A stretch of DNA of 64,000 nt from Phoronis australis (Eukaryota > Animalia > Phoronida), in contig NMRA01000066.1 in NCBI GenBank assembly GCA_002633005.1, positions 955,912 through 1,019,911 of the forward strand, written 5' to 3'. The notes under the pieces are model-generated. The model was not told the DNA's origin and did no database searches. It saw only the letters and a list, made by a program, of their open reading frames with translations. A program made the translations under genes and the position numbers. Positions 50,344 through 62,500 of the stretch are shown piece after piece; position 1 is the stretch's first letter; each line of letters begins with the position of its first letter.

Positions 50344-52816
50344 TCAGCCAATGGTGCCAACTGGGGTTATCTTTGAAGTATTTTTACCGCTCTCAAACAG
50401 AGCTAAAGCAAGCACCAAAACCAATAATGCCAAAACAGCACTAAGAACAATCAATCGTTCTGTCTTCTTTGCATTACTCCTAGCTTTGTCCAGATTTCCA
50501 CGTTCAATGCCTTCGAAGAATTGTTTTCTTGTAGCCCGTGCAAATATCACTGCAGGAATTCCAGTTGGGAAGAAGAACACAGTTGCTATGATAGAGAGAA
50601 TGAGATACCATTTGAGGTGGCGCTCCCGCAGGGGATGGCGAAAGTCACTCCAATGCACATTAGAGTTCTCTGTTCGCACATATCTTGAACCGTCAGGCTG
50701 AGTGACAACAACTCCATTTTTGACTACGTTTCCATTCTCTGTTACTTGATATGCTGCATTGGTGTTGCCATCTGGTGTCGACGTATCAGAGTTATCGTAG
50801 GACACACGATAGGCAGTATTAATGTTGGTAAATGTCACAGTGTGTTCCTTCCGCCCTGGGGTGAACTTCATTGGGTCAGCGTGCTGCACTGCAGGGGGCT
50901 CGTCGTACGTGACCAAGTCTAGGTCTCTGAGACAATCTGTGGATGCCTCCGTCACATCTAAGGGAGCTGCTGTGTCTACATCTGAAAATAAATGAAAAGA
51001 CGTATGCAACCAACATGGATATCTGGAGGAGGCAGCGTGGCCAAGTGTGTAACTGTCTGCTTCTTTTACTCAAGGTCAATGTTCCAGTCCCACTGGGGCA
51101 CACTGCTGGACCCTGGAGTCAGGTGTCTAGCTCTTCAGCTCAGTTTTTAACTAAATATTAATAAAGCATTCAAATGATTCCAGGTGATCAGAGCAATGGG
51201 CCCACCAAAGTGACCTGTGCACGTCTGGTACAATGTGCACCAGACCCCCTGTAATATAGTGTCCCTGATTTTGACAACAAATTTGATGATTTTATTCAGA
51301 AAAGAAAACTGGTAACTGGTTCTCAAAATGTGAGGACCCCTGTAAATGACAATTACCAGTGGGGTACCTTTGATGGTTTCACCCATGAAATAGTGGTGTG
51401 ACCAATTCAGATACAGGTCATAGTTCACGTTACAACCGTTGGATGGTAAAAACACACATGGCATTGACCTGATGATTCTGTTCCGATTGATTCAATTAAA
51501 GGCAAAAAACAGTTCCCCAATTGCTGTTACTTATATCTGTCACCAGGTGACACTAGTAAATTCTTCATTAAAAGTTCAAGTCATATAACTTATAAGTCAA
51601 ACATATGTTTTACACATGACAAAGCTCCACATTATGTACTATGTATACTTGTCTAGTAGTCGACTATTATGCACTATGTATACTAGTAGTCGACTTGAAA
51701 CATGGTGGCAACGGTGGGATCATTCCATATTTAAGATTAAAGTGAAGACTTTTAATCCACGGTAGACAGTGACCACCATCTCTAGTTGAACTACAGACGG
51801 TGAAGCTCCAATAGGCGATTCATACACTGGAGGCTTTTTGGCGAATTAAGCCTCAAACTGATTAAAAATAAAAGTCACGTTGTTATAAATACCTTTTGCG
51901 CATAGAGGGACACCTTAAGAGGCTGTCAATGTCATTAAAATTCTTTCCAACTTGAAAAAATACTCCCATTATCAAACTTTTTCTTCGAGCAGTCCTTCGT
52001 TCAGTTCCCAAAATCGGAAACTGGCCATTTTCAACACTGTGCGTCGCAGGTGGTATGATGTCACATCCCCTGGCGTGCGCTGTGTAAAAATGTCCAGTTT
52101 CTGATTTTGGGAACTTAACAAAGGACTGCTAGAAGAAAAAAATTGATAACGAGAGTATTTGTTCTAGATGGAAAGAATTAAAGACATCGACTGCCTCCTA
52201 AGGCGACTACCTCTACGCACAAAAGGTTTTTAACAACGTGACATAATTCGCTGAAAAGCTTGCGGAGTATGAAGCTCCTGTAGTATAGGAGCCACCAATA
52301 GATGGTGGCTTCTGACTCTCTGTTGACTGACGGCGTCGTTGAACTTAGTCAGCCAGCTACGGTGAACTCTGTAACCGCTCCGCCTAAGCTGTTTGACATT
52401 AGAAGATGTTGCTGTCAGTGAGTGGGAAATATTCAGACAAACGTTTGAAAGCAACACTGAACTAGAAAGCAAAGAAATACGATTCCAGTAAGTGGTTTTC
52501 CTGAACCCCGTCTGTAGACGTAGTGATCGGTCCGGCGCTGTCGACTTGAAACAATTGCTGAGGTTGCCCTTTTTTCATTTTCATGTGAAATTTTCAAGGA
52601 TTTCTGACATTGGTGTGAATGACCACAACCATTAGTAATTTAATGAATATTTAATTCTTGTTCACGCACAGGCGATCTTGAGTGGAATTCCCAAGAGTAG
52701 GCCCCTGTTCACGAACTTCAGTTCGCGAACGGTTCACGCGCAGCGCCAGCAGTATACAGACTGAACTGAACAGTTTTACCTCGCTTTCGATGTTCATCGG
52801 AGGACTCTTCCTCCAT
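50344..52816 (-). CDS. CD225/dispanin-family (PRRT/IFITM-like) membrane protein, 2 coding exons, about 224 aa
   Basis: Exon 52816-52780 (MEEESSDEHRKR, phase-1 donor gtaaaa) joins phase-1 exon 50981-50344. The C-terminus WYLILSIIATVFFFPTGIPAVIFARATRKQFFEGIERGNLDKARSNAKKTERLIVLSAVLALLVLVLALALF has the CD225 layout: hydrophobic hairpin, G-x-x-x-x-A loop, final TM helix. The first exon is inferred. Confidence 0.8.
51025..51256 (+). mobile_element. tRNA-derived SINE, copy 2, in the intron of the CD225 gene
   Basis: Shares tctagctcttcagctc, ttccaggtgatcag, gcaatgggccca and gtctggtacaa with the reverse complement of 20437-20667. Confidence 0.72.
51257..51344. mobile_element. Degenerate copy C of the 80-bp hairpin MITE, abutting the SINE
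   Basis: Contains aaaactgg..aactggttctcaaaat..ggacccctgta, as in copies A and B. Confidence 0.5.
51770..52312. mobile_element. Long foldback/MITE palindrome (core 51874-52242)
   Basis: The left arm gtcacgttgtta..ccttttgcgcatagagg..agcagtcctt..gttcccaaaatc.gaaactgg is mirrored by the right arm around a centre near 52058; weaker similarity extends outward to ~51770 and ~52312. Confidence 0.75.
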
Positions 52817-55800
52817 GCTCCTGTACTTAGACATGATAAGTGTAATTCAGAGACCAAGGTAGGCGACTATTAGTCGCTTATGAACCTCATCTACAGTAAA
52901 TTTGTGACACCTGTGTCAGCAACAACCTGTGGAAGAATTTACGTAGATGGCTGTGTCACGTGATGCTGATTTCCAGCGACATCTGAAGAGCGGTCCGTAA
53001 ACCTAGTTACTTGCGCGTGAGTTGACGCGTGATCTTCATTAAATGAATATTCATTTGGGCAATCGGGTGGAAATTTTTATTCAGTGTAAAGAATTTTTGT
53101 AATTATTGGCTAATCACACATTTTCCCCTTGTCCGTAACTTGTGTCAAAGAATAGGAGGAATGGTTAAATCAACTTTAATATTATTTTTGTGAATAAGAT
53201 TACCAATTGTCACAAAAAGATTAACTTGGAAGTTGATTTAGGTAAGTGCAATTTTTCTCGACGTGAACATGATTATTTGAGTGAAGTTGTCAAGTTTCCT
53301 CGTACGTGCACTGCATTCCAAGTTCGCTACGCATGCTTGATTCTTGAGCAAGACGGTGACGCACAACGGCAGCGGGCCTCCACAAGCGTGGAGTTGGGTA
53401 GGGAAACGATAGATTTTTCGTCATCAGTGCCCATGAGACGAGCGTGATCGACTCGATAGTTAGCGATCAGTGACAGGAAAGCATGTTTATCAACGGAGCG
53501 CGTGTTGGGCGTCAGTGCCCCGATGCCGGAAACCACACTAATTTATGTGCGACTGAGCTAGTCCGACGACTCGCCGCTGCCCGCCTCCCGTTCAACTCGC
53601 TGCATCGATGGCCCCTAGCCACTCCGCAAGCCATCACGCAGCCGGCGGTCAGTCGGGCCACTATGACGTGCCTTTAAATTTATAGCATCAGGTTGATGGC
53701 TCAGCACTCAGGGTTGACTTTACAACAACGTGAAAAAATAGCGGGAACAATTTTTAGCCTTCATTGCCATGCAAGTGGCGTCGACGCAACTACTTCCTCG
53801 CGGTTTCTGCAGTATAGCCGCGTGCTTAGAAAATTAGTAATTGAAGCACTCATACGCTGTACACTAAACACATATCTGGCCGATTTAAACGTGTTATTCA
53901 TACTGAAATACGGCCGGGAGTGAGAATCGTAAACAAAAGTCATCGACACTTAGAAACGGATGGCACGCTCCGAAAGGCACAATCACAATTTCTAGGATTC
54001 TAGTCCTGAACATAAAGTTTAAGCACCGACTCAAGTTCAGTTGAGTCTCAGTGCCAACAGACCACATTTACACTTTGTGAAAACCTAGTCAAACACAACT
54101 CTGTGTTACGGTTTTACGTGGGTTTATTCTAGAGATCTACAAGATACATCTATTCACTATGCTGTCTAACTCTCAACTGAAAACTTGTTTGTCAGAACTA
54201 AAGATCATATGTTCATGAGTCATAATCAGATTTCAGAGAATTGTTTTGCACAACTTACACAATCTATGATTCTTAGTGATAAAAAGCACACGGTAGGTTT
54301 TTGAACTTCGAAAATTTTGACAAGAAATGTGTTCCAGTTTACCGACAACGTCACGTTTGTTTGTCTGTTGTGGCAATATATGTCCCTCATTATTTTGCTG
54401 GGTGCCGGTGCAACGTGATTGGGCCAATTACCAAACCACGAAGTAGTAGTTGGATTTTTAGGTAAGCCAACTATCATCGGCGTTGGCGTGACAACTGCAT
54501 TCAGTTAGCGCGCGATGTTCATCGTACTGCCGGTGGTCCTGACTGGGAAATAAATTGAAATATCAGACACAGAAAGTAGTAACTTTTTAAGCGTGGCAGA
54601 TTCAGCACGTAGTGACATCGGACAAATAAAGACTGAGGCTGGCGAATAACAAAAAGTATGATTACTGCGCATGTACCAGGCTTTTGAAAACCGGTAGGCT
54701 ATCGTGGTCTGAATACGGACTGAACGGGAGGGGAACCAATATGCATGCCATGCGCTCAGTCATCAGTTGCGTACGTACGTGGCATCTGGAGATTTTCATG
54801 CTGACTGGCCATTTTGGTTCCCAGTATCAGTGCGAAGGAAATTTGTTCCAAAACGTTAGGAACAAACGATTTTCATCATGATTCTGGTGCCATTGTTGTT
54901 CAAATCACTTTCGCGAGAAACTTTAATTTCATTCTTTACAGGCAAATGAACCTAACTTATTCTATAACCAAAGGCATTGAAAATTAATACTTAATATGCT
55001 TTTAATTTCAACATTTCGTCCACGGTCATATGTGTTAGGCGGGTTGCAACAATGAGATTGCCGACGGGAGATGAGATTGATAGGCCATGGGAGCCCATGC
55101 ATTTTCTGCGACACTTTTTGTTCTCTACTTACAGAAAAGCGATCATTGCATCTGCTTCATTGGCGTATTGTTTTTGCGATGAAAATTTCCATCGGAAATT
55201 GAGTGTCTGCTGCAGTTACATGTATTACCATTAAATCTGGTAATATCAACTAATTTTGTAAATTTGCGAAGTTAATATCAAAATATAAACGTTTATGTAA
55301 AATATTGTTACTTACCATGCAAACCTGATCATCATACAAGCCTTTCTCTCGCCGTTGAACAGGAGAACATGCTCAGTCCGGGAAACAAATGTATGTATAC
55401 ATCAGAAGAAAATTTAAACTTATGAACTTGAATTTTGAACAGATCGATAAGAAAACTTTACTTTTATTGCTTGGGGTAACAATTGTTTTTCCGATTTTTT
55501 TCTAAACATGACGCGATTTTTGTTTTGATTTGATCCTGGAATGATTTTAGTTAAAACGATTTCGAAAAATAGTCCACGGAGGCAACGTACGTGCTATAAC
55601 AGGCAGGTCGTCAAAACCTTTTTCACTGCAATGGTAATGTGTCGTATGATAATCTAATGCCGTTGTCGTTATCGAGAAAGGCAGCTATGCAAAAAGAGGC
55701 TAGGTTTGTGTAGTGTACAGTGCGTCTGAAGTGAGCAACTATACAAGTTTTCAAGATCATAAAATGTACTGTGCACTTATTTTCTTAAATGTTTCCATTT

Positions 55801-56489
55801 TGATTTCATCGTTTTTCTGTGAAATAAGAAAAATGTAGCGTCACCACTTTCCAATCTTTTCAGCTCAAACAGGCCGCAGTGACTCCCTGCGCAGATATGT
55901 GCGGCGCACAGTGGCGGATCTACGTTTTCAGTAAGGGGGGGTTTAGGATTCCCGCAAAGGTCGAATCCGAGGCGCGTGGCNATGCATTGGGTTTGTGTTA
56001 CGTTAATTGCTGGGATAGGGAAGTTTAATTCCATTTAAATAGACTAAGGCAAGAAGTTCCTTCTTTAATTCAAACTTTTCGTTTTACAGTAAATTAGCTG
56101 GTCTAAGTCATCCTGGGGCTGTGTACTTTCGTATCGGTGATCAGATGGCCTATTGTTACTCAGTGTGCTATGCTTGACAAAAATTCAACAAAACTCTACA
56201 TTTTTATATACTTATATATATACAACATTTGAAACAGTTTGAAATGCAGTGAGGCGGCAGCCGGAAGACTCCACCCACTTTTGTCTCCTCTGCAGCCGAG
56301 GCCAGGCGCGTGACATACTTCACTTCCACCTGGATTGGCTCGTTAACATTGTCCCGCTCGCCGCTCCCCGGATCTGCTGCCGGGTGCTCGACTCCAGTGC
56401 GGTACACTTTTATAACGCCTGCCAAGCCAAGATCACCGACAGATGTCACTTATGTCACACATGCGCAAACTTCTGCGCACAAGACTGAG

Positions 56490-56497
56490 TGACGTGG
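56490..56497 (+). promoter_or_regulatory. UPRE/CREB3-type element TGACGTGG in the COPG proximal promoter
   Basis: Exact TGACGTGG about 60 bp upstream of the COPG ATG, next to two TGCGCA (NRF1-like) sites at 56462-56479. Confidence 0.5.
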
Positions 56498-56558
56498 ATT
56501 CTAATAAAAACCGGTCAAAACTTAAGAATTCGGTCAATTTTCTGTCTAAGAAATGCAT

Positions 56559-59500
56559 ATGCTTAAGAGAGATAAAAAAGAAGAAGAAGATGGTAAGTCT
56601 TAGAGGATTTCGAAGTTACGTTCCAACCAGTATTTGATCTGAAAGTATGGCAGTCAACGATGTTTTAAAAGGATACCAAACCCGATCACACATGCATGGA
56701 TGAAACTGGTTCCCCGGTACCATTTTGAAAAGGGATGTGTTTAATCCACTTTTACCCTTTCAGCTACTGTGAAAATACGAGTATGAGGTATATTTGTGGT
56801 TTATGATGTAAACTGTGAATGTATGTCAACGTTTTGCATTGTTTGTGGATGATCACATCATCGTTTAACCCTACTAAAACACGATATGCTTGTGCTTTAT
56901 AGGTGGTGGAAATCCATTCTCGAACATGGAGAAGAGCAGGGTACTGCAAGAAGTGAGTTTGTTCCCTTAACACTCGAGGGTTGGAATTTTCTGCTTTTAA
57001 GAGGATTTCCTCTTTTGTTTTTGATTTCCTCTTATTTGATTTCCAGTTTCCTCGTTTTATTTGTACTTAATTCATGCAAAAACGTTCATTTAAACAGTTA
57101 AATTTTACAACTCAAAAATTATTTCTATCCCACTTGCAAGCCTATTTATTTGTGGAACCATACATCACGTCCTTTTTGTCATTGGTCATTTCAAGTCCTG
57201 AACACTCCACTATACTTATACTCAGCACAATTATTTCAGAGGGTACTTTGGAACAGACTGCCTTATTCACCAGACATGACCATATTTAGCCCCATGCACC
57301 TACAATCTGCAGTTCAATGGTTTCATAAACATGTCATTAAAACTAGATTAAAGACTATCCGCATACACACCACAGTTGCCCTCAGCCACAGTGTGGATCC
57401 ACTCGAAAGATTTTAACACTTTAGACCCGATCAGTGTGTCATCTGCGTACCGGAAATTTCTTGGCATGCGTAAATTACATTTCCTTGATATCATAGGATA
57501 CGGGAATTCGCACCTTTAAAAGGCATCTGCACAATAAGCTGGACATTTACAGTCTATGGTTGTCAGCATGTTATGACATAGAATTTTGCCAATTAAACTC
57601 AGTCATCTTGATGTTAAATTCTACATCATTTTATCTGACAATTTGTGACGTGTACTGTATCTCGGTGTTAAATGTGATTAGTTAATACTTTGTACATTGA
57701 GAGACTAATGAGGAGACAGTAGTAATATTTAGTGAAGTTATTGAAATGTGAACAAAAACTACCTTTAGCTAGTTCTAACTCGCTAGCTTAAATTTCTAGC
57801 TTGTAGTCTTCTATCTTTTTGTAACATTTTAGCTAATGATGCCTTTGTACTCTTAGCAAGAGTTTAAAATCTATAACTGGTGCCATCTATTCTTTTGCAG
57901 GCAAGGACCTTCAACGAGACTCCTATTAACCCAAGAAAGTGTGGTCACATTTTGACTAAGATACTCTACCTGGTCAACCAGGTGAGGGCTTAAACTAATC
58001 TGTTTTGTTACGTCCATAAATCACACTCACAAGATCTGTATAGCAGTAATGCCACATAGTGAGCAGGCAAGAAACTTTCAGTGTCCCAGCTAGTTGTGCA
58101 TATGTTGTTACAGTTATTCTCGAGCTAGGTAATCACTACCATAAGGCAATCTTACATTGCTAAGTGGTTCTGTTCAAAAGTAGGGGTTTCTTTGGTGAGT
58201 GGGATTCATTCCTTCTTCAGTCAGGTATGCACACGTCTTATTTTCGCTTTAGCGTGGTCAAAGTTGTCAACTTCTGCGATACAGTTGTTCTGGTTCGTGC
58301 ACTTGGCTCTTCACATAAGTTGGGTTTTGCTTTACTCTGATGAAATGTTTCGATCCCGTCTTTATTCGAGTTTTGCTGTAGTACAAAGTTGATAGTTTTG
58401 GTATTTGTCAAAGGAACAAGGTCTTTTGTTTCAGTGTTCTTAGTCAGATTTGACTCGGTATTTATATACTCATTCTTCTTCACCATGGCAGTCACCGTCA
58501 TGTTTTTTTTCAGGGCGAGCAACTGCAGACCACTGAGGCTACAGAGGCATTCTTTGCCATGACCAAGCTGTTCCAGTCGAAGGACGTCACCCTACGCCGA
58601 ATGGTCTTCCTCTGTATTAAGGAGATGGCCAACATAGCTGAGGATGTTATCATTGTCACCAGCAGGTATTTTAGTGGTTCAGTGGCAGGCGTAGCCGGGC
58701 ATTTTGGGCAATTTCACACTGGCCCTTGATGTGATAACAATCTTCATGATATTCACTCGAGCTTTCTGTTGCAGACGTCCAAAAGACATAAGAAACTGAT
58801 GAATTACAATGACAGTCAATTTTCTTATTTCTATGCTTTTCTATGCATTGGGTAATCGCTTCTGTTGTGTCTGCGCAGTTTGACTAAAGACATGACCGGC
58901 AAGGAAGATGCATTCAGGGGACCGTCCATCCGAGCTCTCTGTACCATNATTTCTTGGCTTGCGTAAAGTACATTTCCTTGATATCATAGGATACGGGAAT
59001 TCGCACCTTTAAAAGGCATCTTCACAATAAGCTGGACATTTGTAGTCTATGGTTGGCAGCAAGTTATGACAATAGAATTTTGCCAATTAAACTCAATCAT
59101 CTTGATGTTAAATTCTACATCATTTTATCTGACTATATGTGACGTGTACTGTATCTTGGTGTTAAATGCGATTAGTTAATTTATTTATTTATTTATTTAT
59201 TATTGTGATACTTAAAATGAGGGTGGCCTCTTCAGTGATAGCACTGCTTTCCAAGAGGGGACTTAAATACCTTGTACATTGAGAGACTAATGAGGAGACA
59301 GTAGTAATATGTAGTGAAGTTATTGAAATGTAAACAAAAACTACCTTTAGCTATTTCTAACTCGCCAGCTTAAATTTCTAGCTTGTAGTCTTCTATCTTT
59401 TGTAACGTTTTAGCAAATGATACCTTTGTACTCTTAGTAAGAGTTTAAAATCTGTAACTGGTGCCATCTATTCTTTTTCAGGCGAGGACCTTCAACGAGA

Positions 59501-62500
59501 CTCCTATTAACCCAAGAAAGTGTGGTCACATCTTGACTAAGATACTCTACCTGGTCAACCAGGTGAGGGCTTAAACTAATCCGTTTTGTTACGTCCATAA
59601 ATCACACTCACAAGATCTGTATAGCAGTAATGCCACATAGTGAGCAGGCAAGAAACTTTCAGTGTCCCAGCTAGTTGTGCATATGTTGTTACAGTTATTC
59701 TCGAGCTAGGTAATCACTACTATAAGGCAATCTTACATTGCTAAGTGGTTCTGTTCAAAAGTAGGGGTTTCTTTGGTGAGTGGGATTCATTCCTTCTTCA
59801 GTCAGGTATGCACACGTCTTATTTTCGCTTTAGCGTGGTCAAAGTTGTCAACTTCTGCGATACAGTTGTTCTGGTTCGTGCACTTGGCTCTTCACATAAG
59901 TTGGGTTTTGCTTTACTCTGATGAAATGTTTCGATCCCGTCTTTATTCGAGTTTTGCTGTAGTACAAAGTTGATAGTTTTGGTATTTGTCAAAGGAACAA
60001 GGTCTTTTGTTTCAGTGTTCTTAGTCAGATTTGACTCGGTATTTATATACTCATTCTTCTTCACCATGGCAGTCACCGTCATGATGTTTTTTTTCAGGGC
60101 GAGCAACTGCAGACCACTGAGGCTACAGAGGCATTCTTTGCCATGACCAAGCTGTTCCAGTCGAAGGACGTCACCCTACGCCGAATGGTCTTCCTCTGTA
60201 TTAAGGAGATGGCCAACATAGCTGAGGATGTTATCATTGTCACCAGCAGGTATTTTAGTGGTTCAGTGGCAGGCGTAGCCGGGCATTTTGGGCAATTTCA
60301 CACTGGCCCTTGATGTGATAACAATCTTCATGATATTCACTCGAGCTTTCTGTTGCAGACGTCCAAAAGACATAAGAAACTGATGAATTACAATGACAGT
60401 CAATTTTCTTATTTCTATGCTTTTCTATGCATTGGGTAATCGCTTCTGTTGTGTCTGCGCAGTTTGACTAAAGACATGACCGGCAAGGAAGATGCATTCA
60501 GGGGACCGTCCATCCGAGCTCTCTGTACCATCACAGATGTAAGTTGAGTTCTACTGTTACACTATGCAGAGGAGGCTAGAAGTGTGTGGCGAGGGTGGCC
60601 TGCACTCTGGGTTCAAATGAACAGCCTTTATTGTATAATTGAAATGTATGAGCCAAAGGTTCGTCTGGGTCAATACTCTTTCGTTGTTATGGTGTGGCAC
60701 AAATTTTAGTCAAATCATCTGCCACAGTTTGTGTATATATTAACAGCGTGCTATCTTTTTTCAAAAAATTGTCTGAGTTTGTATTTTATTATTGGTTGTG
60801 CAGCAAAAGTGCTCCCCCCTCAAGACTTTTAGGCAACTGGCCTTGAATATTTGCTGAAAAATATATTGTTCCGTAATTTTCCTCATGCTCAACGAGACGG
60901 AACTAAGTCTTGTTTTAAAAAGTACGGACTGTCACACAGCATCATTGGGCTAAATGGCTATGACTTCCTGTTTACTTTTCAGAGCTCCATGTTACAAAGT
61001 ATTGAGCGTTACATGAAGCAGGCCATTGTAGACAAGAACCCGAGTGTGTCAAGTGCTGCCTTGACATCCAGCCTGGTAATTTCTATGATATTGCACTTTT
61101 TCAAATCAAACTGGTTTGTCAACATCTGTTTATCGGCCTCTTTCAAGTTTTGGCAAAGTCGTGGAAGGTATCCTAGCAGAGAAGCAAGGCGAAGTAATTC
61201 ATTTGTGATAATATTTCACATTTTCTTGTTTTTATAAGCTGTCTGGACGTAACTGTTTGTGGAAACTATGTACAGTCTTTAGTGACATGTTTCTTGCACC
61301 TAAATTGAGATATGGGTGTTTTAGAACGTTGATCCAGTCGAGACATTATTTTGCAAACTGCACTTTTTCAGATAAGTTGTGTGAGGATGCACCTCTTGTA
61401 ATGTAATACTTGTTGTAATTGGTGTAGCATATCATAGTGTAATACTACTATTATTCTTTGTGTCCATTTAATGCTTTGTTTCTGACATTTTATCAGCTGT
61501 ATTTTCATGACAGACTGTGAGATACTGTTTATTTGTAGTCATGTTAAAACGAAATTGTCTTCGTTTCTGGTCTTCTGTTCTTCAAGGACGTCGGTAAAAT
61601 GTATTTTATTTCTCGGCAGTAAGAAATAAGTGCCTCCTTCCGCTCTATTTTGTTAGACTTTGACACTTATTTTGGAGACACTGCCATTCGCACTCACACC
61701 CTTTTCTCTGTCCCCCTCCCACGTCTAGCATATGGCCAAACAGGGCTGCTTGGATGTGATTAAGCGATGGGTGAATGAGGCGCAACAAGCAGTCACCAGC
61801 GACAACGTAATGGTCCAGTATCATGCACTTGGCCTCCTTTACCACATCCGACGCAGTGACAAACTGGCGGTCAGCAAGCTGGTCAGCAAGTTTATGAAGC
61901 AACACCTCAAGTCACCGTACGCGTTCTGCCTCCTGGTGAGTGTTTATGTACAGGGTGGGCTGAAAGTGTTGTAGTTCATGACCACATCCTCAAGTCATAG
62001 TGCGCATGCTTCCTCCTGTTGAGTCTCAATGTACAGGGTGGGCTGAAAGTAATTTAAGTTGTTGTTCTTGACCACATCCTCGTACCATTGTGTGCCTGCT
62101 GCCTCCTGGTGAGTGTTTTTGTAAAGGGTGGGCTAGAATTGTGTTAAGTTATTCTAGTTCATGTAGCAGGTTCTCAAGTCACCGTGCGCCTTCTGCCCGT
62201 GAGAGTTTTTGTACAGGGTTGGCTAGAAGTGGGTTACAGTTACTTGTAGTTCTGTCAAACTAGAAATGCCTTGATTTTGATGATCTAGCATTCGGCAAGG
62301 TATTTTCACTTGAATTTAGAATGCATATGAGTTGGTGTTATAGGCGTTGTGCTGACTTAAATACGCCCAGATAAGCGACGGTATATGTGCAGTCTAAAGC
62401 ATATCTTGTGACTAATCTGATCGATAGTGCTATTAATGGTGGAGCATTTACTGTAAACGTTTTGTTTTGATTTTTTGCGTCGGCATGTGTTGTTTCATCG

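Noticed and set aside
55910-55981. CAGTGGCGGATCT hAT-like terminus next to N55981
   Set aside because: Cut off by the gap with no partner terminus, so no element can be defined; unlike the other Ns, this one has no flanking duplication.
56204-56449. Minus ORF starting VGDLGLA, resembling a kinase DFG/DLG motif
   Set aside because: No other kinase subdomains (HRD, APE) and no splice context; treated as chance.
57456-60531. Tandem or mutually exclusive COPG exons 3-5
   Set aside because: The copies encode the same peptide, copy 1 is cut mid-exon at a single N, and the same N-joined pattern occurs three times; haplotype overlap is far more likely.
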